From the NCBI GenBank assembly GCA_963827905.1, contig CAWHCB010000001.1, positions 52,963-116,962 on the forward strand: DNA of 64,000 bases, written 5' to 3'. The stretch is from Methanomassiliicoccaceae archaeon. Its GTDB lineage: Archaea > Thermoplasmatota > Thermoplasmata > Methanomassiliicoccales > UBA472. The position numbers and the translations under genes are program-made. Positions 21,101 to 29,224 of the stretch are shown here, piece by piece; position 1 is the first letter of the stretch; every line of letters begins with the position of its first letter. The notes beneath the pieces are model-generated. The model was not told where the DNA came from and did no database searches. It saw nothing but the letters and a program-made list of their open reading frames with translations.

Positions 21101-21877
21101 TCAGCAGGTCACGTGGATCAAGGCCACGAACTTTTCCTTCGTCGCCAACATCTCCTCGATCACATCGGGGGTGGGCTTGACCACAGCATTCATTTCCTCG
21201 AGCATCTTGCTCGCCTTGGGCGTTATGGGCATGCCTCCGCTCTGACCTGTTCCGATGAACACCAGTTTGACATTGTCGTCCAAAAGCGTCTTGAGCTCCT
21301 TCCTGGTCAGGGGTACGTGGCCGTACTTGTCCTTCTTGTCCTTTGACAACGACTTGTCGCGGCGTTCCACGGTACCATCTGCTTTCACGATGAGGTCATG
21401 TTCATGCCTTATCCCGTTTATCTCGCACCAGCCGAAACGGGAACGGGCCTGGGTCACAACGCTCTTGACCGCCTTCTTGCGACCTCCCCGTCTCTTGACC
21501 GTCGGCTCCACCGCGACAGGCTCCTCTAGCTCGGGCTCCTCGCGCGGGGATGGGATGACCTCGACCGGGATGGACAGTTCGACCTCTTGGGTGATCGGTT
21601 CCTTCTTCTTCCGCGGGGCGCGCTTGCGGGTCTTGGGCTTTTCGACCTCTGGCTCCGCCACGACCTCTTCCGCGACAGGTTCAGGTTCTACCGCAGTCTC
21701 AACCACAGACGCCTGATCTGGCGAAGCCTCCTCGACGCTATCCGTCTCCATGGGGGCGCTCTCCACGATCTCGACCATCGCCTCCTGTTCGTTCACCACA
21801 TCGGCCATTCCCTCGGTTGGGGAGGGTTCCTTCTTGGCCTTTCTAGAAGTCCTTGCACCCGTTGTCTTTCTCGGCAT
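21101..21877 (-). CDS. Mth938-like (DUF498) domain protein with a long acidic/basic disordered N-terminal extension
   Basis: The C-terminal 115 aa (GWCEINGIRHEHDLIV..., LVFIGTGQSGGMPITP, ALIHVTC) match the Mth938 fold family from memory. The N-terminal 140 aa are low-complexity E/P/V/K. Confidence 0.6.
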   Translation of the reverse strand: MPRKTTGARTSRKAKKEPSPTEGMADVVNEQEAMVEIVESAPMETDSVEEASPDQASVVETAVEPEPVAEEVVAEPEVEKPKTRKRAPRKKKEPITQEVELSIPVEVIPSPREEPELEEPVAVEPTVKRRGGRKKAVKSVVTQARSRFGWCEINGIRHEHDLIVKADGTVERRDKSLSKDKKDKYGHVPLTRKELKTLLDDNVKLVFIGTGQSGGMPITPKASKMLEEMNAVVKPTPDVIEEMLATKEKFVALIHVTC

Positions 21878-22053
21878 AGAAATGTCACCAGACGAACCTG
21901 ATATGGAAACGGCCTTTTATTAATGGTTTGCCAGCCACTCATATCTTTTTTAAGGTGGAGGTCAACCAAAAACCGTGGCCATGATACAAGAATTCGCCCT
22001 TCCAGATGATGCAAAACCTTTTTTATCACCCCCTGCCATCCCACCCCGACCAG

Positions 22054-24120
22054 ATGAGGATCAACGTAAATGGCAAACCCATCGAGGTGGGGGACGGGGC
22101 CAAGCTGGCCGATGTCTTAGAAGGACAACCTTATGTTCCTGGCACCTATTTGGCGATCATCCGTTCCCTGGAACAGGTGGTGAAGGAGACCAGCGAGTTC
22201 GAGGTCGTCACCGAGAAGGGTTCCTTCATAGTTCAAGTGCAAGAGGGGGCTTGGAAGCAGATATGGCTCGACCTCTACAAAGGATTGGAGGGGCGCAGTG
22301 TGCGCTGGCGCACCAGCAAGATCGATGCCATCGGTTCGTTCCCTTCATCCATACCTTCCTCAAGGGACCCTGCCAAGCTCGTTCGCTACGATTGCTTCTT
22401 CGCCTTGGGCGGTTATGATAGCCAGACCACATACATCATGATCGCCCGCCAGGACCATGAGGCCGCGTACGGTGTGGCCGCCCCGGTCTTCGGAAGGGTG
22501 ACGAGCGGCAGGCATGTGGTAGATGCCCTTGACGAGGCGGACAAGGTCCTGGAAGTGAGACCGGTCATCATCGAGCTGCGGTCCAAGGATGCATTGGCCA
22601 CCAACGATCTGGAGACCAGATTGGAACCGGGCATGTCGGTGGAGACCTTCGTGCAGGTCGACCTCGACCCCCGTTCTCCCGTGTCGGTGGAGCATTTCCT
22701 GGTGGCCGTCGATGGAGGGACCATCAAGGTCACCGAGAAGACCGAGTCGTTCACTGCCAACTCCTCCAGGATGGATGTCAATCTGATCGAGGAGTCCCAC
22801 TCCATCCGCGAGCCGGACCTGGTAACGGTCCGACACCAAGGGGACGGCATGGGTCGGATATACTTCTACAAGACCAGGAGACAGGTCTCCAACAGCCACA
22901 ACATCGTCGGCAAGGTGTCGATCGGCCACCAATTGATACATCTAGTTCCGGAGGGAGGGGCCGTGACCATCGTCCCCAAACCGGGGAGGGTCATGGTCAT
23001 TGGCATGACCCAGGCCGAAGGGCAGAGATTCCTGGAATCACATGGACTGAAGCAGGTGCGGACCGGGATCACCGACGATTCTGCCATCATCGTAGAGCAG
23101 GAACCGGAGCTCACCATGCATGTCATGGAGGAGGGTTCGGTCGACACCTTCGGCACGACCTCCGATCGGATCCATGATTGGTACCTGTTCCGGTCCGAGG
23201 CACCAACCTCGGTCCGCTACATCGAGAAGCTCACCGGTCTGGACCACAAGCCCATTGGCACGGTCAAGGTGCACTTCACCTTCGAGGGCATGTCCATGGT
23301 CACCTTCGATGGGGACGACCAATTGGGTGCGAGCCTCTATCCTGAGCCGTCCTGGAAGGACATGAGCCGTCGCGGTGACATCGGTGTCACCAACATGTCC
23401 CGGCCGAATCGGGGACTGATCGGCATCAGGCTGCAGGAGAGCCCCGAGTTCGGTCCCACCGGGGAGGAACAGCACGGAACCAACCTCATCGGTCGCTTCG
23501 CAGGCGACCTGGCGAGCATGATGGTCGGCCTGAAGGACGGGGACATCGTGTACCTTCGCGAGACGGATGTCAGCCCTGACAAGGTTTCCAAACCCCGGCG
23601 CAAACCAGCAAGCGATGATGCTGAGGTCCAAGCCCAAGAAGGCGGCGGCGAAGAAGAAGACCTCGTCGTCCAAGCCCAAGAAGGCGGTAAAGAAATGACG
23701 CTCGACCATGAGACAAGATACATTGTTCTGGCCCCGGACTGCACCATGACACCGGACCAGCTAGTGCGCACCATACACACCATCGATGCTGACGTCATCG
23801 TCAAGGAGACATGTTTCGGGGCGGTCATCTCCGGCAAGACCGAGGCGGTGAGGAAGGTCCTCACCGAGGTGCGGAAGATGGACCCCACCCGTGTCTATTC
23901 CAAGGTGCGGGGCTTCCCCGTGGGCGACCAGAGGAGGTGCCGGGCCCATCATGGCTCGAGACCTGGGTTCGCCCAGCTGGAGAAGGAATGGAAGGACCTG
24001 ACCATGGTGGAGAAGGGCCTGCAATGCCTGGAGCGAGGGGAGAAGGTCCCTCCCATCAAGAAGAAGGGCAAGATGCCCGTCAAGGATCTGAAGACCGTAT
24101 GCGAGGAGGCCTGTCCATGA
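22054..24120 (+). CDS. mmp3: Methanogenesis marker protein 3 (22054 to about 23620) read through in frame into methanogenesis marker protein 6 (23695-24120)
   Basis: MRINVNGKPIEVGDGAKLADVL... and about 520 aa are Mmp3-like. After an E/Q/G linker, MTLDHETRYIVLAPDCTMTPDQL...RCRAHHGSRPGFAQLE is Mmp6-like. See the finding on a hidden alternative-frame stop at 23696-23698. Confidence 0.85.
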   Translation: MRINVNGKPIEVGDGAKLADVLEGQPYVPGTYLAIIRSLEQVVKETSEFEVVTEKGSFIVQVQEGAWKQIWLDLYKGLEGRSVRWRTSKIDAIGSFPSSIPSSRDPAKLVRYDCFFALGGYDSQTTYIMIARQDHEAAYGVAAPVFGRVTSGRHVVDALDEADKVLEVRPVIIELRSKDALATNDLETRLEPGMSVETFVQVDLDPRSPVSVEHFLVAVDGGTIKVTEKTESFTANSSRMDVNLIEESHSIREPDLVTVRHQGDGMGRIYFYKTRRQVSNSHNIVGKVSIGHQLIHLVPEGGAVTIVPKPGRVMVIGMTQAEGQRFLESHGLKQVRTGITDDSAIIVEQEPELTMHVMEEGSVDTFGTTSDRIHDWYLFRSEAPTSVRYIEKLTGLDHKPIGTVKVHFTFEGMSMVTFDGDDQLGASLYPEPSWKDMSRRGDIGVTNMSRPNRGLIGIRLQESPEFGPTGEEQHGTNLIGRFAGDLASMMVGLKDGDIVYLRETDVSPDKVSKPRRKPASDDAEVQAQEGGGEEEDLVVQAQEGGKEMTLDHETRYIVLAPDCTMTPDQLVRTIHTIDADVIVKETCFGAVISGKTEAVRKVLTEVRKMDPTRVYSKVRGFPVGDQRRCRAHHGSRPGFAQLEKEWKDLTMVEKGLQCLERGEKVPPIKKKGKMPVKDLKTVCEEACP
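23626..23687 (+). repeat. 20-bp direct repeat GTCCAAGCCCAAGAAGGCGG x2 (period 42 bp) in the Mmp3/Mmp6 junction
   Basis: Identical copies at 23626-23645 and 23668-23687. Confidence 0.9.
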
Positions 24121-24554
24121 AGGTGCTCATCGTCCCGCCCAACAGCCTGATACTTTTCGACCTGGTAGAGCGATTCGGCCATGAGCCATTGAGCGTCATG
24201 GCCGTGCTCCAGGAGAAGATCGAGTCCAAGGAGATCGAGTCGCCGCCCATCAACGTCACGGTGGACGATGTGAAGAAGGGCCTGAAGTACGCGGCCATCG
24301 AGGTGCCCTCGGGAATAAGGGGCCGTCTGGCCATATACGGACCCTTGGTCGACATAGCCGAGGCGGCGATCATCATGGAGGACGCCCCGTTCATGTTCGG
24401 TTGCGTGGGCTGCGCCCGGACCAACGAGATGATGAAGCTCCTCATCCGCAAGCGGAAGATACCCTTGCTGGAACTGGACTACCCGGCGAACGAGGACGAG
24501 GCCAAGGCCATGGTGGCCCAGATAAAGACCTTCCTGGAGGGATTGGTAAGATGA
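24117..24554 (+). CDS. mmp5: Methanogenesis marker protein 5
   Basis: 145-aa ORF ([24 protein letters not shown]...[13 protein letters not shown]...LELDYP). ATGA overlaps at both ends. Confidence 0.85.
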   Translation: MKVLIVPPNSLILFDLVERFGHEPLSVMAVLQEKIESKEIESPPINVTVDDVKKGLKYAAIEVPSGIRGRLAIYGPLVDIAEAAIIMEDAPFMFGCVGCARTNEMMKLLIRKRKIPLLELDYPANEDEAKAMVAQIKTFLEGLVR

Positions 24555-25780
24555 TCAAGATCGCACAGTTGTCCTGCGGCACCGAGTACTCTGCCGTGCA
24601 ATCGGAGATCGAGGCCGCCGCCACCGCAGTCGGCGCGAAGATGGTGTACCCGGACGTGGACATGGAGAAGATCAATTCGGCCGTGGACCGGTTCGGCTTC
24701 AACCCGGTGAGCCCGCAACTGAAGCTCATGATCGCCCGCGCCATGTCCCTGGCCGACAAGAGCTATGAGGCCGACGCCGTGTTCATCTCCTCTTGCTTCC
24801 GTTGCGCCGAGGCGGCGCTGGTGCGCACCGAGCTGAGGAAGTTCATCCAGAACAACACCCGCATGCCAGTGGTCACATATTCCTTCACGGAGAGGACCAA
24901 GTCCGGACAGCTTCTGACCAGGATGGAGGCATTGGTCACCATCGTGGAGAGGAAGGAGCTGCTCGCCCGGGAGAGGCAGGTCGGGCTGACCGCAGGCCTG
25001 GACTCCGGTTCCAGCACGACGAAGGCGGTCATCATGCGGGACAATGTGATCATCGGCAAGAGCTGGACCCCCACCGCGGACATATTCTCGTCGGCGGAGA
25101 CGGCCCTCCAGGAGGCCCTGGCCCAGGCCGGAGTCACCATCGGCCAACTGGAGGCCATCGGCACCACTGGCTACGGACGTTTCACCTTGGGCAAGAAGTT
25201 CAAGGCCAAGCTGGTCCAGGAGGAGCTCACCACCAATTCCAAGGGGGCGGTATGGCTGGCCGACCGGCAGAAGGGGGAGGCCACCATCATCGACATCGGG
25301 GGCATGGACAACAAGGCCATCACCGTTCGCGACGGCATCCCGGACAACTTCACCATGGGCGGCATATGCGCTGGCGCCTCCGGACGTTTCCTGGAGCTGA
25401 CGGCAAAGAGGCTCAGGGTGGAGATAACCGACCTGGGGGCGATGGCGGACCGGGGCGACCACACCAAGGTGCCCATGAACTCCTATTGCTCCATATTCGG
25501 CATCCAGGACCTGGTCACATCGCTGGCCGCAGGCCACACCGTCGAGGACGTGGCCGCCGCCGCCTGCCATTCCGTGGCCGAACAGATCTACGAACAGCAG
25601 CTCCAGGAGATCGAGGTCAGAAAACCCATCATCCAGGTGGGCGGGACCTCATTGATATCTGGCCTGGTCACGGCCATGGAGCACACCCTGGGCGAGAGGC
25701 CGATAGTGCCTCCCCACTCCCAATACATCGGGGCGGTGGGCGGGGCATTGCTCTCCTCGGGATTCCTTGAGGGGCATTGA
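24551..25780 (+). CDS. mmp15: Methanogenesis marker protein 15 (BadF/BcrA/HgdC-type ATPase fold)
   Basis: 409 aa. The N-terminal [14 protein letters not shown] segment is followed by an acetate/sugar-kinase-like ATPase ([42 protein letters not shown]). Confidence 0.85.
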   Translation: MIKIAQLSCGTEYSAVQSEIEAAATAVGAKMVYPDVDMEKINSAVDRFGFNPVSPQLKLMIARAMSLADKSYEADAVFISSCFRCAEAALVRTELRKFIQNNTRMPVVTYSFTERTKSGQLLTRMEALVTIVERKELLARERQVGLTAGLDSGSSTTKAVIMRDNVIIGKSWTPTADIFSSAETALQEALAQAGVTIGQLEAIGTTGYGRFTLGKKFKAKLVQEELTTNSKGAVWLADRQKGEATIIDIGGMDNKAITVRDGIPDNFTMGGICAGASGRFLELTAKRLRVEITDLGAMADRGDHTKVPMNSYCSIFGIQDLVTSLAAGHTVEDVAAAACHSVAEQIYEQQLQEIEVRKPIIQVGGTSLISGLVTAMEHTLGERPIVPPHSQYIGAVGGALLSSGFLEGH

Positions 25781-25781
25781 G

Positions 25782-26339
25782 ATGGAGATCGAGGTGCAGG
25801 GCACGGACCAGAAGGGCGCGGAGGACTATGCCCTGCTGTTCGAGCACATCCTGCTGGAGATGGGCCTGACCAACGTGCTTGACAAGGTCCTGCTCCTGGT
25901 CCAGCCTGCCGACCCGTTGTTCGTGGTCTCGGTGCGCATGCGGCCCACCGCCGGTGCCCGTCCCATCTACGACGTGGTGCAGCTCGATGATAAGGAGGGC
26001 GGGGTGATGCTCTCCATAACCGACGAGACGTTCGCCCCCCGCGTGCTCGCCCTGCTCTGGAAGACCTTCGGCCGGGACCGGGTGGAGCAGCTGACCCGTT
26101 ATGAGATCTTCGTGGCGGGTAAGAACCGTTCCGACCTATGGGACCTGAAGATAGACCCGGAGGAGGAGCTGCGGGCCCAAGTGCTTGACGCCATCTGGAA
26201 GCTCGTCCCCGAGGGTCTGAAGATCCGCCATTCCTTCAATTCCGAAAACGTTATGACCATAGCCAACACCGAGCACGGATTCCAGCCGGACTGGTTGGAT
26301 GCGGCGGAGAAAGTGCATCATTCCATGGAGGCGTCCTGA
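25782..26339 (+). CDS. mmp17: Methanogenesis marker protein 17
   Basis: 185-aa ORF immediately after mmp15. Its length and position in the mmp operon fit Mmp17. The family call is from memory of operon order and size. Confidence 0.75.
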   Translation: MEIEVQGTDQKGAEDYALLFEHILLEMGLTNVLDKVLLLVQPADPLFVVSVRMRPTAGARPIYDVVQLDDKEGGVMLSITDETFAPRVLALLWKTFGRDRVEQLTRYEIFVAGKNRSDLWDLKIDPEEELRAQVLDAIWKLVPEGLKIRHSFNSENVMTIANTEHGFQPDWLDAAEKVHHSMEAS

Positions 26340-27289
26340 TGTACCAGGTGCTGATGTACGACGGAGGGGTGTACCGGGTCAAGGAGCTTTACGAGCTCAT
26401 CGAGGACATCGGGGGCTTCGTGATCCAGAAGACCCAGATCCAGGTCCAGATAATCATCACCTTTGCCATCCCGGAGGAGGACCGGCCCATCATCGAACGC
26501 AAGACCCGGGAGCTGGGCGGCAAGTTGTCCGAGGTCCCCTTGGCCGGCACGGAGATAGTGGTGGTCGGACCCACCCTGGGCAGGCACCACATGCCCCACC
26601 CCATCTGCGACATCGCGGAGAACCTGCGTCGTTACGGCGCCATCACCGTGGTCATGGGCTTGGCGAGGGGAAGGGGCAAGCATACCGCGCAGATCAGCGC
26701 CGATGAGAAGGCCATCATCGAGGAGTATGACGCGGCGGTCTTCGTGGTCGGCAACTTCCGGGAGTGCGTGGAGAAGCACAAATTCAAGCTCTGGCAGGAC
26801 ATCCAGATACCGGTGGTCGCCACCTGTGGACCGGAGTTCGACTCGCTGCCCGCCTGCGACGCGCTGGTGTGCGGCATCGGGCGAAAGGTGGAGCGCATGC
26901 GCCGGGCCGAGGAGATCCAGAAGCTGGACGAGGTGGCGGAAAAGGTGCAAGGCCTCATCGAGCTGAAGCGCAAGGACACGGACGACGACCCGCTCTTCGT
27001 GCACCCGGCCGAGATCAAGGACCGCCTGGATTCGATGCAGGCCATCCAGGACAACCTGCGCCCGGCGCCTGTGGTCCTGCACGTCAACGGTGTGAGGGCC
27101 AAGCTGCCATTCGAGCAATATGCCGCTGCCATCGCCGACCTTGAGGTCTACGGACGAAAGTTGGGCGAGGTGACGACGATATCGCCGAGCCGCATGCCAG
27201 GCAGCATCCTCATCCGCATCAAGACCCGCAGCCAGGTGGAATCAGAGGACCGGACCAGGCAATCACAGTCCGCTACCGCCAAGACCTGA
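26339..27289 (+). CDS. mmp7: Methanogenesis marker protein 7
   Basis: 316 aa, with a TGATG stop/start overlap with mmp17. MYQVLMYDGGVYRVKEL..., VVVGPTLGRHHMPHPICDI, VVATCGP resemble Mmp7. Confidence 0.8.
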   Translation: MYQVLMYDGGVYRVKELYELIEDIGGFVIQKTQIQVQIIITFAIPEEDRPIIERKTRELGGKLSEVPLAGTEIVVVGPTLGRHHMPHPICDIAENLRRYGAITVVMGLARGRGKHTAQISADEKAIIEEYDAAVFVVGNFRECVEKHKFKLWQDIQIPVVATCGPEFDSLPACDALVCGIGRKVERMRRAEEIQKLDEVAEKVQGLIELKRKDTDDDPLFVHPAEIKDRLDSMQAIQDNLRPAPVVLHVNGVRAKLPFEQYAAAIADLEVYGRKLGEVTTISPSRMPGSILIRIKTRSQVESEDRTRQSQSATAKT

Positions 27290-27358
27290 ACGATGATCGG
27301 GAACTTCTCTCATAGCGAAGCTTTAAACCGTCTCAGCCTGATTTTGTCGGTGGTTCAC

Positions 27359-27920
27359 ATGAAAGTGCTGGGAATTTCAGGAAGTCCGAGAAAGGACGGT
27401 AACACCGAGATCTTGATCATGGAGGCGTTGGAAGGGGCCAAGGCCAAGGGCGCTGAGGTCGAGTTCGTCTCCCTGGCCGGGAAGGACATCAAAGGTTGCG
27501 TGGCCCACCCCACCTGCGGGCAGGGGGGCAAGTGCCTTATCGATGACGACATGACCGACATCTACCCCAAGATGATGCAGGCCGACGCCATCATCATCGG
27601 CACGCCGATCTACTTCGGCAATATGACCTCCCAGACCAAGGCGCTGTTGGACCGGACCTATCTCCTATCGAAGATGGGCCGAAAGCTGGAGGGAAAGGTC
27701 GGGGGCGTGATCGCGGTGGGCGGTCGGGCCGGGCACGAGCTGACCACGGCCTGCCTGATGGATTTCATGACCTTGCAGGGGTTCGTGCTGCCTGCAGGCG
27801 CGTTCGCCCACTCCATGGTGAGGGAGATCGGGGCGGCACGCTACCGACGAGAAGAGCATGAAGGCGGCCCGGGCCTTGGGCGAAAGGGTAGCCATTCTCG
27901 CCACCAAGGTGAGGACCTAG
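27359..27920 (+). CDS. Iron-sulfur flavoprotein / NADPH-dependent FMN reductase family; one frame break near 27840, TAG stop
   Basis: MKVLGISGSPRKDGNTE..., IIIGTPIYFGNMTSQTKALLDR and GGVIAVGGRAGHE are typical Isf/FMN_red. After the shift the frame reads ...DEKSMKAARALGERVAILATKVRT* and ends at TAG 27918-27920. Confidence 0.7.
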
Positions 27921-27932
27921 GGCGATTCGACG

Positions 27933-28352
27933 ATGTCCCCTGCCTCGGTGCCAAAAGGTTCCTATCTTCTCCTTCTCCACCTGGGAGAAGAGGTCGAACT
28001 GGACGTGGGCGCCCCGGGCATATGCACCTTCCCCAGAGGGACCTACGTTTACGCTGGATCGGCCCAGTCATCCCTTTTCGCACGGGTGGGGAGGCATTTC
28101 TTAACCGAAAAGAAGGTGCACTGGCACATCGACCGCTTGCTATTGCATGCCAAACCGGTCTCGGCGATAATGATCGAGGGGGACGACAGGGAGTGCGAGA
28201 TCAACCGGTTGGTCGCCGGGACGGAGGGCTCGCGCATGGTGTGCGAGGGCTTCGGTTCGTCAGATTGCGACTGTCCCACCCATCTGCATCTCATCGAGGA
28301 GGACATGCTGCCGACCATCATCAACGAGATGCGCTGGCTCGACGGAGCTTAG
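27933..28352 (+). CDS. DUF123 / GIY-YIG superfamily (Uri-like) protein
   Basis: GSYLLLLHL, GTYVYAGSAQSSLFARVGRH, KKVHWHIDRLL match the DUF123 signature as I remember it. Confidence 0.7.
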   Translation: MSPASVPKGSYLLLLHLGEEVELDVGAPGICTFPRGTYVYAGSAQSSLFARVGRHFLTEKKVHWHIDRLLLHAKPVSAIMIEGDDRECEINRLVAGTEGSRMVCEGFGSSDCDCPTHLHLIEEDMLPTIINEMRWLDGA

Positions 28353-28403
28353 GGAGAGCGAGGTCCCGACCACATTTTATATCCCAGCTACCACGATACT
28401 GTA

Positions 28404-28652
28404 GTGCCTGGAGAGGTCGATATCTTGGACAAGGTCAAGAGGCTTGAGGAGAAGATAAAGGAGCTGAACGCGCTCAAGGCGGACTACCGCAAGGAGCTGG
28501 ACGAGGCCCAGTTCAAGCTAAGCAAGAAGGAGATGGACAAGGAGCACTTCGACAAGGTCAAAGATAAGGTCCACAAGAAAGAGGCCAAGATCAATGCCAA
28601 GATCATCGATCTGCGACAGAAGGTGGAAGCGTTAAAGAAAGGTGGCGCTTGA
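28404..28652 (+). CDS. Small coiled-coil protein (hypothetical)
   Basis: K/E-rich heptad-like sequence. The more likely start is TTG 28425, preceded by GGAGAGG 8 nt upstream. Confidence 0.4.
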   Translation: MPGEVDILDKVKRLEEKIKELNALKADYRKELDEAQFKLSKKEMDKEHFDKVKDKVHKKEAKINAKIIDLRQKVEALKKGGA

Positions 28653-28825
28653 TCCCTTTTATAATAACTTTCCTTTCATCCGCTCGAAGTGAAAATCTCT
28701 TTGCGCGTCTCCTTCGATCACATCGTCCTTTGCCGATGTTGGCTCGGTCAAATTCTTAAACGAAGCGAGCCCCGAAATTTCGTCTGCGAAGGTTAGAAAT
28801 ACTTGCCTCTGCCTAGTAATCAATC

Positions 28826-29111
28826 GGTCCGGGGGCCGTATGCCCTCTGGGGAAAACGGATTGATATCAGCGTCATTTGAGGATGGCGCCCCAGGTACCC
28901 GCCCCGATTCGAAGCCCTTGCTTCGGTTCGCCTGCGCCCTATGGTAAATCCATAGAAGGCAAAAGCGAATTCCCAACGCGGCCTACACCATTGAGGTGAA
29001 AAAGCCCAGTGAGGAGATTGGGCGACGCAGGTCCTACGACCAAGGTGATCTGCAGATACCCTTGGCGGAACCAAGCGCCGAAGTACCCAGAAGCCCGGTA
29101 AGCCCCGGACC
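28826..29111 (+). ncRNA. Candidate structured RNA of about 290 nt, possibly RNase P RNA (class uncertain)
   Basis: No credible ORF lies between AT-rich flanks. The terminal helix GGUCCGGGGGC (28826-36) pairs with GCCCCGGACC (29102-11). A second helix pairs CCUCUGGG (28844-51) with CCCAGAAG (29086-93). Local hairpins are CGAAGC-CCUU-GCUUCG, CUAUGG-UAAAU-CCAUAG, GCCCA-N10-UGGGC and CUUGG-CGGAA-CCAAG. RNase-P-like strings are UUUGAGGAU, GAGGUGAAA and CCAGAAGCCCGG. A T5 run follows at 29127-29131. Confidence 0.45.
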
Positions 29112-29224
29112 TACCATATTGTTGAGTTTTTATACATACCAGATGCGCCAGATTACAATACATTTAAAATAGAGCGAATTGTTTCCGGTACAATTCGTTC
29201 GTTCCCATTGTTAGAGGGTTTCAG

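Noticed and set aside
21400-21800. Possible tandem DNA repeat in the Mth938-protein gene
   Set aside because: This is only low-complexity E/P/V/K coding sequence with short imperfect reiterations (EPE.., VEP..). It has no defined period.
27293-28447. 384-aa ORF spanning the flavoprotein gene and the next gene
   Set aside because: Only its first about 165 residues after Met23 are flavoprotein-like. After about 27840 it is out-of-frame read-through (RGRTGRGRPGH...) across the separately encoded DUF123 gene.
28826-29111. SRP (7S) RNA on the minus strand as the identity of the structured RNA
   Set aside because: The minus strand has a GAAGCA string, but it lacks the near-invariant helix-8 core (AGGCCCGGAAGGGAGCA-like). 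It also does not fold into the single long helix-5 hairpin expected of SRP RNA. The T-run terminator is on the + strand side. SRP is kept only as a remote alternative.
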